Below, piece by piece: positions 20,374 through 31,059 of a stretch of DNA of 64,000 nucleotides. Numbering within the stretch: position 1 is the first letter of the stretch; each line of letters begins with the position of its first letter. The position numbers and the translations under genes were made by a program. The notes under the pieces are model-generated. The model worked only from the letters and a program-made list of their open reading frames with translations. It was not told the origin of the DNA and ran no database searches. Source of the DNA: Candidatus Babeliales bacterium (GTDB taxonomy: Bacteria; Babelota; Babeliae; Babelales; JANWKD01); contig CAVRJO010000002.1 in assembly GCA_963722255.1 (NCBI GenBank), positions 96,001 to 160,000 on the forward strand, read 5' to 3'.

Positions 20374-20639
20374 TATTTTTCTTCTGGTTCTTGTGTCTGG
20401 GTAGATTCAGTTTTTTTTGCTTTTTTTGCTTGATTCAATTCTGCTCGTTTAACCAACCGTTCAACTTTAGTTGTTACAACTTTTACACCCTTATAATGAC
20501 CACATTCTTTACAAAGTTGGTGTGGTGCAATCGCAGATTTGCATTGTGGACATGTTGCAATTTGTTTTGGCTTCAAACCTTTATTTGCAAATCTTTTATC
20601 TCTTCTGGCCTTAGACCGTTTTCGTTTTGGTACTGGCAT
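20373..20639 (-). CDS. rpmF: 50S ribosomal protein L32 with C-terminal extension
   Basis: MPVPKRKRSKARRDKR, CxxC...HxxCxxCG.Y; GGAG RBS before 20639. Confidence 0.95.
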   Translation of the reverse strand: MPVPKRKRSKARRDKRFANKGLKPKQIATCPQCKSAIAPHQLCKECGHYKGVKVVTTKVERLVKRAELNQAKKAKKTESTQTQEPEEK

Positions 20640-20828
20640 GGCAATCTCCAATGTGCTTAAATTATGGTAAACATGCTATTAAATGTATATTCATAGTAGC
20701 AAAAACCATAAAAAAAACAATTTTTTGCAATCTTTTTGAACTATAAGGGTTCAACTTCTCCTTAGATTGCCTTAATGCCCCAAAATCAACACCAAGAGCC
20801 AGTGTGATAAATTATTATCAAACTCGTA

Positions 20829-21593
20829 TTACATAGGTATTCCAAAGTGGCAGGTAACACCTTTAAGATTCTCATCATATTCACATTCAAGAGATTTAGG
20901 TTTCAAAAGCTGAATAGCAGCATCATCATGTTTTACTTGTGCATAATCTAATGCTGTTTTGCCTTGATTATTTTTTAAATTTACATCAGCACCATAGGTA
21001 AGAAGTAAGGTAATAACACCAAGATTTTTATTATTGCTATTTCTCATTACTGCATACATAAGCGGCGTCATGCCGGCCTTATCTTTGAGATTAGGATCCG
21101 CGCCAAAATCAAGCAGCTTATGAGCAGCATTAGTTAACCCTGAGCGAGCGGCTAAATGTAAAGCGGTTAATCCATCTTTATTTACACCATTTGGATTTGC
21201 ACCCTTTTTAAGGAGATATTCCATAACATGAAGATATCCCCCCAGCAATGCGGCCATTAAGGGCGTTGCATTAAATGGAACCTTAGAAAATTTCACCGTT
21301 CTTGCTTCATTAAGTGCCCCAATAGGAATATCAACGCGCTTACCGGCATAAAGATCAAGAAAAAATCTATCTCGTGGATCAATTACCTCTTTAAGCTGCT
21401 TCTTTTTTTGCATTCTTTTTGCTTGGCTAAATAAACTTTGCGCTCGGCTACTTAATGTTTTTACAATACTTTGAGAGGCTCTCCAACTTGCAAGAAACTG
21501 CTTATCTTCCTCTTCCTTGTTTTTTTTAACAGCTTCTTGACAGAAACTGATACTCATTAAGCCTATGACTATGGCAATGACTCTTTTTTTCAT
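20829..21593 (-). CDS. Exported ankyrin-repeat protein
   Basis: TPLMAA, TALHLAA, TPLMYA, TALDYA ankyrin repeats; signal peptide from MKKRV (track start 21626). Confidence 0.9.
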   Translation of the reverse strand: MKKRVIAIVIGLMSISFCQEAVKKNKEEEDKQFLASWRASQSIVKTLSSRAQSLFSQAKRMQKKKQLKEVIDPRDRFFLDLYAGKRVDIPIGALNEARTVKFSKVPFNATPLMAALLGGYLHVMEYLLKKGANPNGVNKDGLTALHLAARSGLTNAAHKLLDFGADPNLKDKAGMTPLMYAVMRNSNNKNLGVITLLLTYGADVNLKNNQGKTALDYAQVKHDDAAIQLLKPKSLECEYDENLKGVTCHFGIPM

Positions 21594-21672
21594 TATGACC
21601 CCTTTTAAATTCGAGTTCCCTAACAAAATGATACTTAAATAAGAAAAAAATAATCAAGAAAAGGTAGAAAAA

Positions 21673-22779
21673 TTATATACAGCGCCAAAGCCCACTATGA
21701 TCTTGCTCAATTTTACCATCAACTTGAAAGTCAAATAAAGTGCCATTCAATTCAGCAAAGGACATCCCTGTTTTAAGCATAAGTTCTTCTGTAGAAATTG
21801 GAGTAGCACATAAAATGAGAAAAGGATCTTGCACCGCAGGTTGCACAATCTCTTTTTGACTCTGATTGGCACCATTCATATTCTTACGACTGGCTATTCG
21901 CTCAGCAATAGCTTCATCAAACTCTTCAAGGATATCATACGCATTGGTTATAAGCTTTGCTCCTTGTTGAATTAAAAGATGACCACCCTTTTGTAATGGG
22001 TCATCAATTCTACCAGGAACAACAAAAACATCTTTACCCTGCTCCAGAGCAAAACGCGCAGTAATAGAAGCACCACTCTTTTCAGCTGCCTGAACAACCA
22101 AACATCCCTTACTTAATCCTGCAATAATACGATTTCGAGCAGGAAAATTTCCCGGCAGCGGCTCCATCTGAAGACTAAAAGAACTTATCAAAGCACCGCC
22201 TGATGCACAAATAGCATCAAATAATTTATTATTTTCAGAAGGATATCGACGTAAAAGACCTGAACCAAGAATTGCATAGGTGGTTCCGCCCGATTCAAGA
22301 GCTGCTTTATGAGCGAATGTATCAGCCCCTAGAGCTCCGCCGCTCACAATAACCCACCCTTGTTCAATCAAAGGAGGAATAATCATCTGAATAGCAGTAT
22401 TTGCATAGGTCAATGCTTTTCGAGAACCCACAACTGCAAGAGATTTTGTTTCCTTCAAAGTCCCTTGTATATAAAGAACTGCAGGAGGCAAATAGATTTG
22501 GCGTAAAAGATCGGGATACTCAGATTCAAAAATGGTTACTATGCGCACTGAATTTTTTTGCGCAAGCTGCAGCTCACGCTCAAGAGATTTAGTATCTGAA
22601 AGGCCAGACACAAGCTTTGTAGCTTGTGCTGGCGATAATCCACACGTAGTAATAAAATCTGATTCGCTAAATTCATACACCGTTGGCAACTGCTCTAAAC
22701 TCATCGTTTGAACAATACGATGTATAGTTCCAGGACCAATGCCGTTCAATAACGAAAGATGTATTAAACAGTTAGTCAT
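21673..22779 (-). CDS. dprA: DNA-processing protein DprA
   Basis: AVVGSR, SGGALGAD..AH, FPARNRIIAG, SGASITA. Confidence 0.95.
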   Translation of the reverse strand: MTNCLIHLSLLNGIGPGTIHRIVQTMSLEQLPTVYEFSESDFITTCGLSPAQATKLVSGLSDTKSLERELQLAQKNSVRIVTIFESEYPDLLRQIYLPPAVLYIQGTLKETKSLAVVGSRKALTYANTAIQMIIPPLIEQGWVIVSGGALGADTFAHKAALESGGTTYAILGSGLLRRYPSENNKLFDAICASGGALISSFSLQMEPLPGNFPARNRIIAGLSKGCLVVQAAEKSGASITARFALEQGKDVFVVPGRIDDPLQKGGHLLIQQGAKLITNAYDILEEFDEAIAERIASRKNMNGANQSQKEIVQPAVQDPFLILCATPISTEELMLKTGMSFAELNGTLFDFQVDGKIEQDHSGLWRCI

Positions 22780-25410
22780 TTATAGAAGTATCTCATCATC
22801 AGGGTTACTTTCAAATGCCGACTCTTCTTTATCACTAAATTCCAATGAATAGTCATCAATAAGAGCTTCTTCAAATCGAATAGCATCATCAGCATAAGCA
22901 TATCCACCAAAGCCCTTAGCAGGCTTTTTGGATTCAGAAGATTCATTTTCTTGCCCAGCATCATGATTATGATTCTCTTCTTCAAAAGAAATTACTGATG
23001 AAACTCTTTGCTCCTCATCCAGCTTAATGAGACGAACACCTTTTGCTTGTCGACCCATAGTACGAATTTCTGAAGGCGATAGACGAATCATCTTGCCGGT
23101 AGTATCAATCAATAATACATTAGAGTTTTCACCAACAACCGCAAGGCCTATAACATGCCCATTTCGCTCAGTAGTTGGAATAGTACGAACACCATATCCT
23201 CCACGATGAGCAACGCGGAAATCTTCAGCTTTTACACGCTTACCATAACCACGAGCAGTTGCAAAAAGAATATCGCGATCATCTGAAATAACTTCCATTC
23301 CGACAACACGATCACCATCTTTGAGACGAATGCCCATCACGCCTGATGCTTGGCGACCCATTTGGCGAACTTCCGTTTCTTTAAATCGTATGCCTTGGCC
23401 ATTAGCAGTAGCAAGAACGATTGAATCATTGCCTGAACTTAATTGGCAAAAGACAAGCTCATCATTTTCTCGCAACGTAATAGCACGTATACCCGAGCTT
23501 CTAATTTTTGAAAATTCCATTGCATCGGTACGCTTAATAATTCCATCGCGTGTAACCATTACCAATGATTTATTTTCTAAATCTCGTGTTGGTAATAATT
23601 TTACGACATGTTCATCTGGGGTTAATGGCAATAAATTAACAATAGCACGACCTTTTGCAATACGAGAGCCTTCAGGTATTTCAAATACTTTAAGACTGTA
23701 TACACGACCCAAGTTGGTGAAGAAGAGAAGTTCATCATGTGTTTTAGCAACAAAAACATCTCGCATTAAATCACCGGATTCATCAAGGGCTGCCATGCCC
23801 ATCTTGCCTCTTCCACCACGATGCTGCACACCATAAACTTCCAATGGCACACGCTTAATGTATCCCTTGGTTGTTAAGGTTACCACCACATCTTCTTCAG
23901 GAATCAAATCAGCCTCAGTAAGAATATCAAGCGGACCTTCAATCTTGGTACGACGCTTATCGGCATACTGAGTTTTAATTTCTTCAAGTTCGCGTTTAAC
24001 TTCTGCTTGTAACACTGATTTATCGGTAATAACGGATTTATAATAGGCAATGATCTTCTTCAATTCATCCATTTCATGATAAATTTTTTCTTGCTCAAGC
24101 CCCGTCAAACGTTGTAAACGCATTTCTAAGATTGCTTTTCCTTGTTCCGGCGTTAACAAGAAGCGCTTATTTAAAGCAGCTATTGCATGTTCAGCAGAAC
24201 GAGAACTTTTAATAAGAGCAATAACATCATCAATACTTTGCAATGCAATAATAAAACCGGCTAAAATATGCTCGCGCATTTCGGCTTTTTTCAAATCATA
24301 TACCGTACGCTTATGTATGACCTCATGGCGATGCATAACAAATTCATGAATCAATTGACGAAGCGTAAATATCATTGGCTTGTTATCAAGCAATGCAAGC
24401 ATTAAAATCGAAACGGTCGTTTGCAATGACGTAAACTTATACAGCTGATTTAAAATAACTTGTGGCATTTCACCACGTTTAATTTCTATAACTAAGCGCA
24501 TACCTTTCTTATCAGATTCATCTCTAATATTGGTAACACCTTCTATTATTTTATTTTTTACGAGATCAGCTATTTTGATAGTCAATTCAGCCTTATTTGC
24601 TTGATAAGGAAGTTCAGTAACAACAAGCGCACTACCCTTTTTTGTTTCTTCAACTTCAACAACACCGCGTAAAACAAGATTACCACGACCTGTTTTATAA
24701 GCGCGAACAATTCCCGCTCTACCACAAATAATACCGCCTGTTGGAAAATCTGGTGCAGGTATTAATTCAAAAAGCGCGTCATCAGTTATAGTTTCATCAG
24801 CTAAATATGCCAAACATGCATCAATAATTTCACTCAAATTATGCGGAGGCACTGAGGTTGCCATACCTACTGCAATACCGGCTGTTCCGTTAATCAATAA
24901 GTTAGGAAGTCGGCTTGGTAAAATGACGGGCTCAACGGTAGATTCATCAAAGTTTGGAACAAATTCAACCGTTTCTTTTTCAAGATCAGCAAGAATTTCT
25001 GAAGCAATTTTTGCCATACGAACTTCAGTATAACGCATCGCTGCAGCATTATCTCCATCAACTGACCCCCAGTTTCCTTGACCATCAAGCAATGGATAAC
25101 GCTTGGAGAACTCTTGAACAAGACCAACCATACTATTATATACGGCTTGATCGCCATGTGGATGGTATTTACCAAGAACTTCACCGACGATACGTACCGA
25201 TTTATGGTATGGCTTATTATGAAAGAATCCAAGCTGAGACATGGTATACAAAATTCTTCGATGCACCGGTTTAAGACCATCGCGTACATCAGGAATTGCA
25301 CGACTGACGATAACCGACATCGCATAATCTAAAAACGAGGCTTTTAATTCATCCTCAATTAAGATTGGCTTAACGTTATTTTTGGATAGTTTTTGGCTAT
25401 CTGTTGCCAT
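22780..25410 (-). CDS. gyrA: DNA gyrase subunit A
   Basis: [21 protein letters not shown], GyrA-box QHRGGRG, CTD repeats, acidic tail. Confidence 0.97.
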   Translation of the reverse strand: MATDSQKLSKNNVKPILIEDELKASFLDYAMSVIVSRAIPDVRDGLKPVHRRILYTMSQLGFFHNKPYHKSVRIVGEVLGKYHPHGDQAVYNSMVGLVQEFSKRYPLLDGQGNWGSVDGDNAAAMRYTEVRMAKIASEILADLEKETVEFVPNFDESTVEPVILPSRLPNLLINGTAGIAVGMATSVPPHNLSEIIDACLAYLADETITDDALFELIPAPDFPTGGIICGRAGIVRAYKTGRGNLVLRGVVEVEETKKGSALVVTELPYQANKAELTIKIADLVKNKIIEGVTNIRDESDKKGMRLVIEIKRGEMPQVILNQLYKFTSLQTTVSILMLALLDNKPMIFTLRQLIHEFVMHRHEVIHKRTVYDLKKAEMREHILAGFIIALQSIDDVIALIKSSRSAEHAIAALNKRFLLTPEQGKAILEMRLQRLTGLEQEKIYHEMDELKKIIAYYKSVITDKSVLQAEVKRELEEIKTQYADKRRTKIEGPLDILTEADLIPEEDVVVTLTTKGYIKRVPLEVYGVQHRGGRGKMGMAALDESGDLMRDVFVAKTHDELLFFTNLGRVYSLKVFEIPEGSRIAKGRAIVNLLPLTPDEHVVKLLPTRDLENKSLVMVTRDGIIKRTDAMEFSKIRSSGIRAITLRENDELVFCQLSSGNDSIVLATANGQGIRFKETEVRQMGRQASGVMGIRLKDGDRVVGMEVISDDRDILFATARGYGKRVKAEDFRVAHRGGYGVRTIPTTERNGHVIGLAVVGENSNVLLIDTTGKMIRLSPSEIRTMGRQAKGVRLIKLDEEQRVSSVISFEEENHNHDAGQENESSESKKPAKGFGGYAYADDAIRFEEALIDDYSLEFSDKEESAFESNPDDEILL

Positions 25411-25672
25411 AGCAAGACCCTTTATAAAACCAATTTTTTCTTAAATAGACCTTAAATTTATGAATAAAAATAGTATAGAAAAAATACCTAAATTAGACAA
25501 GTTTAATCAAGTATCATACAATTATATTCACAACAACGGCATAACGCGCTCATTTAAGCAATTAATCATGATATAATAATTACAGCTTTGGTCTTTAATA
25601 TGTTTTCTCAAAAAAGCTTTTCTGCACAAAACCTGAAAAGCTCATTGAACTAAAAAAAGCCGTTGCTTAAAT

Positions 25673-25700
25673 TTGAAAAAGATTAGACTTCTAGTATACT
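25673..25700 (+). promoter_or_regulatory. Putative sigma70 promoter of rpmH
   Basis: TTGAAA-N16-TATACT. Confidence 0.45.
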
Positions 25701-25743
25701 AAAGCTATTAGATAGAGATACATATTATTACAAGGATCTTACC

Positions 25744-25878
25744 ATGTCAGTTACCTATAAACCAAGCCGCATCAAAAGAGCAAGAAAACACGGATTTCGC
25801 AAAAGAATGGCAACAAAAGATGGTAGAAAAATCATCAACCGTCGCCGTGCTAAGGGTAGAAAACGTTTGACCGTTTAA
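25744..25878 (+). CDS. rpmH: 50S ribosomal protein L34
   Basis: Below the track cutoff. Manual translation: [44 protein letters not shown]. Confidence 0.97.
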   Translation: MSVTYKPSRIKRARKHGFRKRMATKDGRKIINRRRAKGRKRLTV

Positions 25879-25899
25879 TCTATTCCCTGTTACGTATTC

Positions 25900-26226
25900 A
25901 TGAAATCATTAAGCAGTTTTAAAAAATCGGAAATTCAAACCCTTTTTAAAACTGCTCGCACTAAAATTTCAATTCCCGGCATTACCATTAAAGTTGCCCC
26001 CAAACAAGGCGAAATTGGACGAATACTCATTGTTACGCCCAAAAAAATGGGGAATGCTCCTCAGCGTAATCTTATGCGCCGCCGTTTAAAATCTATTTTT
26101 TATGAGCAAAAACTATATGAGTGCCCTTTTGATCTTCTTGTTTTTGTCACCCATCCCGCGCTTGCTCTTCCTTTTATCACCTTGCAAGAATTAGTGGTAA
26201 AGGCAGTTCATGAAAATCATCAATAA
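25900..26226 (+). CDS. rnpA: Ribonuclease P protein component
   Basis: KKMGNAPQRNLMRRRLK (RNR motif); follows rpmH. Confidence 0.9.
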   Translation: MKSLSSFKKSEIQTLFKTARTKISIPGITIKVAPKQGEIGRILIVTPKKMGNAPQRNLMRRRLKSIFYEQKLYECPFDLLVFVTHPALALPFITLQELVVKAVHENHQ

Positions 26227-26419
26227 TTTTTTTATGCTTTTGCTCTATGCCTTTCGTCCATTGAATCATCTCATACTTGGTCCATCTTGCTGTAAGTTTG
26301 CTGTTTCATGTACCGAATATGCCATCGAGCAGCTACATGAAAAACCTCTTTTTTCTGCTCTCTGGGCGATATGCAAACGAATTTTTTCCTGCAATCCTTT
26401 TAGTTCTGTTAATTTTTAA
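26210..26419 (+). CDS. yidD: Membrane protein insertion efficiency factor YidD
   Basis: CKFxxSCTEYA...RIFSCNPF; synteny with rpmH-rnpA. Confidence 0.85.
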   Translation: MKIINNFFMLLLYAFRPLNHLILGPSCCKFAVSCTEYAIEQLHEKPLFSALWAICKRIFSCNPFSSVNF

Positions 26420-26592
26420 AAAATAATAATCTTTGTGAATTCAACCCTTGGGCAAACTCATGCCCATGATATTGAAAGTCGATAGTTCTTCAAATTGTCT
26501 TACAGCTTGTGAGACTCTCTTCAAAGAAAACTTGAAAGCGACCCTATCTTTAAAAAAATGCTTTACTCTTTCGTTCTTGAAACTGATCAACT

Positions 26593-26619
26593 AATTCTGC
26601 CGGCAGTGCCGGCAGAATT
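26593..26619. repeat. Perfect GC-rich palindrome with 13-bp arms
   Basis: AATTCTGCCGGCA-G-TGCCGGCAGAATT; 20/27 identical to 27071-27097 inside the downstream gene. Confidence 0.85.
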
Positions 26620-26783
26620 GGCTATTTACATAACCAAAAATAAAAAAAAACGTATATTGGAATATCCTCACAATTAAATGACTATTCTGTTTCAAAGTTG
26701 CTCGTTTTTAATCTACAATTTAAGAAAAGCTAAACATCTAAAATAATAATTTAAAGAAATAGATTCATTAAACAAGGCGGCAT

Positions 26784-27803
26784 ATGAAAATAGAAAAAAC
26801 TCAAAGCTATGCAGAGTTTCTAAAAGAGATTAACAATCGCATTCATGAAGCACAAAGCACGGCGCTTAAAGCGGTTAATAAACAGCTTATCACCCTCTAC
26901 TGGGATATCGGTAAATGCATTGTAGAAAAACAAAAAACCGAAAAATGGGGCGATTCTGTCTTAGAGCGGCTTGCAATTGACTTGCAAAATGCATTTCCAG
27001 GAATGAAAGGGTTCTCAGCAAGAAATTTATGGAGAATGCGCGATTTGTACCTCTCATACTGCGATAACGAAAAACTGCCGACACTGTTGGCAGAAATTAG
27101 TTGGAGTCATAATAGGGCAATTTTAGAGAAATGTAATGACATTCTTGAACGCGAATTCTATGTACGCATGTCTCGTAAATATAGTTGGAGCTATAGAGCT
27201 CTTTTAAACAATATTGAAAATCAAGCATATGAGAAAACATTGCTTGGCCAAACAAATTTTGATGAAACGCTCCCTGCAGATATGCGCAATAAAACAGCTC
27301 TTGTAGTTAAAGATGAATACACCTTTGACTTTTTGGAACTCGGTGATGATTTTAGTGAACGGCAACTGGAGAATGGATTGATTGCTCAAGTTGATGATTT
27401 TCTAAAGGAGATGGGGGGAATTTTTACTTATATTGGCAGACAATATCGCCTTGAAATAGATGATAAAGAATATTTCATAGATATTTTATTGTATCATCGC
27501 TCGTTAAAATGTTTGGTAGCAATTGAACTTAAAATTGGTGAGTTTATTCCTGAGTATGTGGGTAAAATGCAATTTTATCTTTCTGCCTTGGATGATCGCG
27601 AAAAAATGGCAGGAGAAAACCCTTCCATCGGAATTATTTTGTGTAAAACTAAAAGTAAAATGACGGTAGAATATGCGCTAAAAGATTCTCACAAACCTAT
27701 TGGCGTTGCTGCGTATACTGTTGTCAAAAAACTTCCAAAAGAGTTGCGCGATTTACTACCCAATGCTGAACAGATTGCAAAACTTCTTGGTTATATAGAA
27801 TAA
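26784..27803 (+). CDS. YhcG/DUF1016 PD-(D/E)XK nuclease family protein
   Basis: LYWDIG, WG, GFSARNL..MR, SWSH, KDEY.FDFL, IDILLY, AIELK.GEF.PE..GKM.FYL, NPSIGIILC. Confidence 0.9.
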   Translation: MKIEKTQSYAEFLKEINNRIHEAQSTALKAVNKQLITLYWDIGKCIVEKQKTEKWGDSVLERLAIDLQNAFPGMKGFSARNLWRMRDLYLSYCDNEKLPTLLAEISWSHNRAILEKCNDILEREFYVRMSRKYSWSYRALLNNIENQAYEKTLLGQTNFDETLPADMRNKTALVVKDEYTFDFLELGDDFSERQLENGLIAQVDDFLKEMGGIFTYIGRQYRLEIDDKEYFIDILLYHRSLKCLVAIELKIGEFIPEYVGKMQFYLSALDDREKMAGENPSIGIILCKTKSKMTVEYALKDSHKPIGVAAYTVVKKLPKELRDLLPNAEQIAKLLGYIE

Positions 27804-27821
27804 AAAGCATACATCAGAACA

Positions 27822-27848
27822 AAGGGCAGGGAATAATTCCCTGCCCTT
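27822..27848. terminator. Hairpin between convergent genes
   Basis: AAGGGCAGGGAAT-A-ATTCCCTGCCCTT; weak U-tracts. Confidence 0.6.
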
Positions 27849-27853
27849 GAGCT

Positions 27854-29317
27854 TTACAATAACTCACTTGCCAATTTACTCAATTCACTGCGCTCACTAT
27901 TTTCCAAGAATACAGTTCCAAAAAGATCTTGTCCTCTAAATTTACTGCTTGCAACCACAAGACCATTACTACTAAAATCCAAAAGCGGTGTATCAATTTG
28001 AAATGGATCACCTGCAATAATAATCTTACTTCCTTGGCCGACACGGCTAACAAGCGTTTTAACTTCATGTGGTGACAAATTTTGCACTTCATCAAGTAGA
28101 ATATATTGAAAGGGAATTGAGCGACCGCGCATATAGGTGATTGCTTCAATGCTAACCTTACCCTCTTTACTCAATTGATCTAAAGGAGGCAATGCACGTT
28201 TAATATGATGATTTTCTTTATCCTTTTGTCCATTATTATGTTTTTTCTTCTTTTTATCGCGTTGTTGGCGCCAATCTTTTCCACCTGAATAAGCAGGTCT
28301 TTCATGCTGCCTATCATGTCGCTCATAATGGCGTCCATATTCTTGATCATGACCATTTTTATTTGCTTCATAAGCAATAAATTCCATATTATCATACATA
28401 GGCTGCATCCAACTATGGAGCTTCTCTTCAATAGTACCCGGCAAATAACCAATATCGGGACCCAACGGAATTACAGGTCGTGAAATCAATAACTTACGAT
28501 ATATATCCTGAACAAGTACTTGATGTAACCCAGCAAGCAATGCTAAAAAAGTTTTACCCGTTCCTGCAGGCCCTATTAAACTTACCAGCGAAACTTCGGG
28601 ATCAAATAAAAGATCAAGCGCCATTGCTTGTTGCGGGTTACGTGCTTCAAGAGGCCACCGCAGCTCCGGACGGTGCACCGGGCGTAATGCTTTATTTTTA
28701 AAACGGAACATTCTGTAGTTCTGTGGGTTATTACGGCTTGAAAGCAGTACAAATTGATTTGGTGCTAATGCTCTATCTTTCATAAGAGCATTCAAAACAT
28801 CCGGCACCTCTTTTTTAAACTGTACCGCAGGCACCTCCTCATGAATCCATCCTTTATAAATCGTATCTTTTGCTAAAAACTCTTTTATATAATCTTCAGC
28901 TTCAATGCCTAATGCATCTGCTTTTACACGTGCATTTAAATCTTTAGAAATAAAATGTACCGATTTTCCTTTGTGCTTAAGAGCAATTGCCGTCATTAAA
29001 ATAGCATTATCAGCCACATTGAGTGTTAAAGGAACTTTTGTTTTTATTTCAGGTAAAAAAAGCACCTGTAACGTACCGCCATTATCAAGTTTCACGCCTT
29101 CTTGCAAAGAACCACGAGTACGAAGTGCATCAAGCGAACGAATGGCCATACGCGTCATTGCTCCTCGCTCACTCGCTTCAGATTTAAATCGATCAAGTTC
29201 TTCCAAAACCGTTATGGGGATTGCCACTGTGCTACGGCCAAAATTAAAAAGTGATTGCGGGTCGTACACCAAAACATTTGTATCTAAAAGGTATATTTTC
29301 TCAGCTGGCATAATCAT
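27854..29317 (-). CDS. PIN-PhoH (PhoH2/YlaK-type) protein
   Basis: PIN domain LLDTNVL..D, VLEELD, ADNAIL, SKDLNAR; Walker A GPAGTGKT; YMRGRS; DEVQN. Confidence 0.92.
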   Translation of the reverse strand: MIMPAEKIYLLDTNVLVYDPQSLFNFGRSTVAIPITVLEELDRFKSEASERGAMTRMAIRSLDALRTRGSLQEGVKLDNGGTLQVLFLPEIKTKVPLTLNVADNAILMTAIALKHKGKSVHFISKDLNARVKADALGIEAEDYIKEFLAKDTIYKGWIHEEVPAVQFKKEVPDVLNALMKDRALAPNQFVLLSSRNNPQNYRMFRFKNKALRPVHRPELRWPLEARNPQQAMALDLLFDPEVSLVSLIGPAGTGKTFLALLAGLHQVLVQDIYRKLLISRPVIPLGPDIGYLPGTIEEKLHSWMQPMYDNMEFIAYEANKNGHDQEYGRHYERHDRQHERPAYSGGKDWRQQRDKKKKKHNNGQKDKENHHIKRALPPLDQLSKEGKVSIEAITYMRGRSIPFQYILLDEVQNLSPHEVKTLVSRVGQGSKIIIAGDPFQIDTPLLDFSSNGLVVASSKFRGQDLFGTVFLENSERSELSKLASELL

Positions 29318-29402
29318 TCCTTATGTAGCATGGTTAGAAGATCTTCACCTACTCTACTTGGTAAGGTAGCATGAGAATGAGAGAGAATAAAATAGTTAAA
29401 AT

Positions 29403-29437
29403 AAAAAGACCCCCGTTGTAGAACGAGGGGTCTTTTT
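29403..29437 (-). terminator. Intrinsic terminator
   Basis: AAAAAGACCCC...GGGGTCTTTTT downstream of 29461. Confidence 0.75.
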
Positions 29438-29460
29438 ATTTATTTTTATATAAAAAAATT

Positions 29461-31059
29461 TTATTTAAATTGATTTATAATCGTGTAAAGCATTTGGCCT
29501 AGAAAATAACCAATGAACCCTTTTGGCTCAACTTTTAAGCCATAGTCCTTACATGCACGCTTAACTGCTTTAATCATATTCTCAACATTATTTTTGTCAG
29601 CAATTTCTAAATTTTGTGGAACTACTACATCAAGATCACAGATCGAATCAAACATGTTTTTGATTTCTTGCAACAAGTTACTAAGTATTTGTTTATCTTT
29701 AAAATTTAATCCTTGAAATTGATCTTTTATGTCTTCAAGCACATGATACAATTCATTTGTATCATAAGCTTTTTTAAGATCTTTTTTAATACGTACGAGT
29801 TCTTTCGATTCCTCAGCATACTTTTGTGGTTCAAAAGATACATTCACAACCAACTGCTTCATAATTTGGAGATTTTTTTCAAATGGTCTATACGCTTCTA
29901 AAATTCCGGAATAAACTTTTTTCAAGCCTTCTACAAAAATATCATTGACTTGGCTCTCAAATTCCTTTATTACATATTCTTTTCTCTCACCAAGCTTTTC
30001 AGGAGCTTCAGCTTCTTTTTCAATTTTTTCTTCAGTCTTTTTTACTTGATTTTCAGCTGTTATTTCATTGAATTCTTCAAACTTCAATAAATCGTTTACA
30101 ACCCTAGCCTCTTTTTCAAGTTCTTTAACTTCCGGAGCAGCTTTACCTAATCTTTGAGTTGCTTCTTCAAGATCTTTTTTTAATCTTGCTATTTCTTGTT
30201 TAGTATCGATAAGATCTATTTGCAACTCATCAACTTTATTTCGTTGCTCCTTTAAAAGTTCTTCAGAATCTTTACGGAAATTTTCATTATCTTTTTCCAA
30301 CTCTCTTGCTGTGTTATCCAGTGCATTATTCCTTTCTAGCACTTTTTTTAGAAGGGCAGCTTGTTCCTTAGAACCTGCTCGCACCTTAGTTAATTGATTT
30401 TCATATTCATCAATTTCTTCTTTTAAACTTTCAATTTTTTCTAAATTTTTTTGCTTTTTTCTCATATCTTCAGCTATTTTTGCTTCAATTGCTTCAACTG
30501 ATCTTCTTCTTGCAGCTTCTGCTCTTGCTTGACGTTCAAAACGAGCTGCTTTTGCTTTGGCAAAAGGTGTATTTGATGATCTTAACTCCGCTTGCACTCC
30601 TGCCATAATACGTGCCAACTTAGATTTTCGTTCTTCAGATGTTTCATATGCTTCTTCACTAAGCAATTTATTTAATTTGGGCAAAATTCTTCGCAATTCA
30701 CCAAGATTCTTTATCAAAGATTCTTCTAAAGCTATTTGCCTAGTAGTAAACTCAGTAAAAGCCTGTTCTTCGTATAAACGGCTCACCTCTCTAAGCAAAT
30801 CGCTTTTTAATTTATTTCCCTCAATAATATTAAATTGTACTACAGTCTCTATTGGCTCATTTTCTTCACGTGCAACTTCAACAAGTGGATCATACCATTT
30901 AGTAATTATCTCTTCCCATGTTTTTTGAGGAAATTGTTCTGATGAAGGATAATATTGTTTAACAAGCTCAACAAACTTTTCTCGACCTCTTTCTTCCATC
31001 CCATAAGCCATCCCAGTACTCAACACCAGAAAAAGACTTAATACTTTCCAATAGTTCAT
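29461..31059 (-). CDS. Exported coiled-coil hypothetical protein
   Basis: Signal peptide MNYWKVLSLFLVLSTGMAYG-MEE; long E/K heptad region (track start 31098). Confidence 0.8.
   Translation of the reverse strand: MNYWKVLSLFLVLSTGMAYGMEERGREKFVELVKQYYPSSEQFPQKTWEEIITKWYDPLVEVAREENEPIETVVQFNIIEGNKLKSDLLREVSRLYEEQAFTEFTTRQIALEESLIKNLGELRRILPKLNKLLSEEAYETSEERKSKLARIMAGVQAELRSSNTPFAKAKAARFERQARAEAARRRSVEAIEAKIAEDMRKKQKNLEKIESLKEEIDEYENQLTKVRAGSKEQAALLKKVLERNNALDNTARELEKDNENFRKDSEELLKEQRNKVDELQIDLIDTKQEIARLKKDLEEATQRLGKAAPEVKELEKEARVVNDLLKFEEFNEITAENQVKKTEEKIEKEAEAPEKLGERKEYVIKEFESQVNDIFVEGLKKVYSGILEAYRPFEKNLQIMKQLVVNVSFEPQKYAEESKELVRIKKDLKKAYDTNELYHVLEDIKDQFQGLNFKDKQILSNLLQEIKNMFDSICDLDVVVPQNLEIADKNNVENMIKAVKRACKDYGLKVEPKGFIGYFLGQMLYTIINQFK

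Noticed and set aside
25411..25743. Possible oriC between gyrA and rpmH
   Set aside because: No perfect DnaA boxes and no dnaA; cannot be supported without GC-skew analysis.
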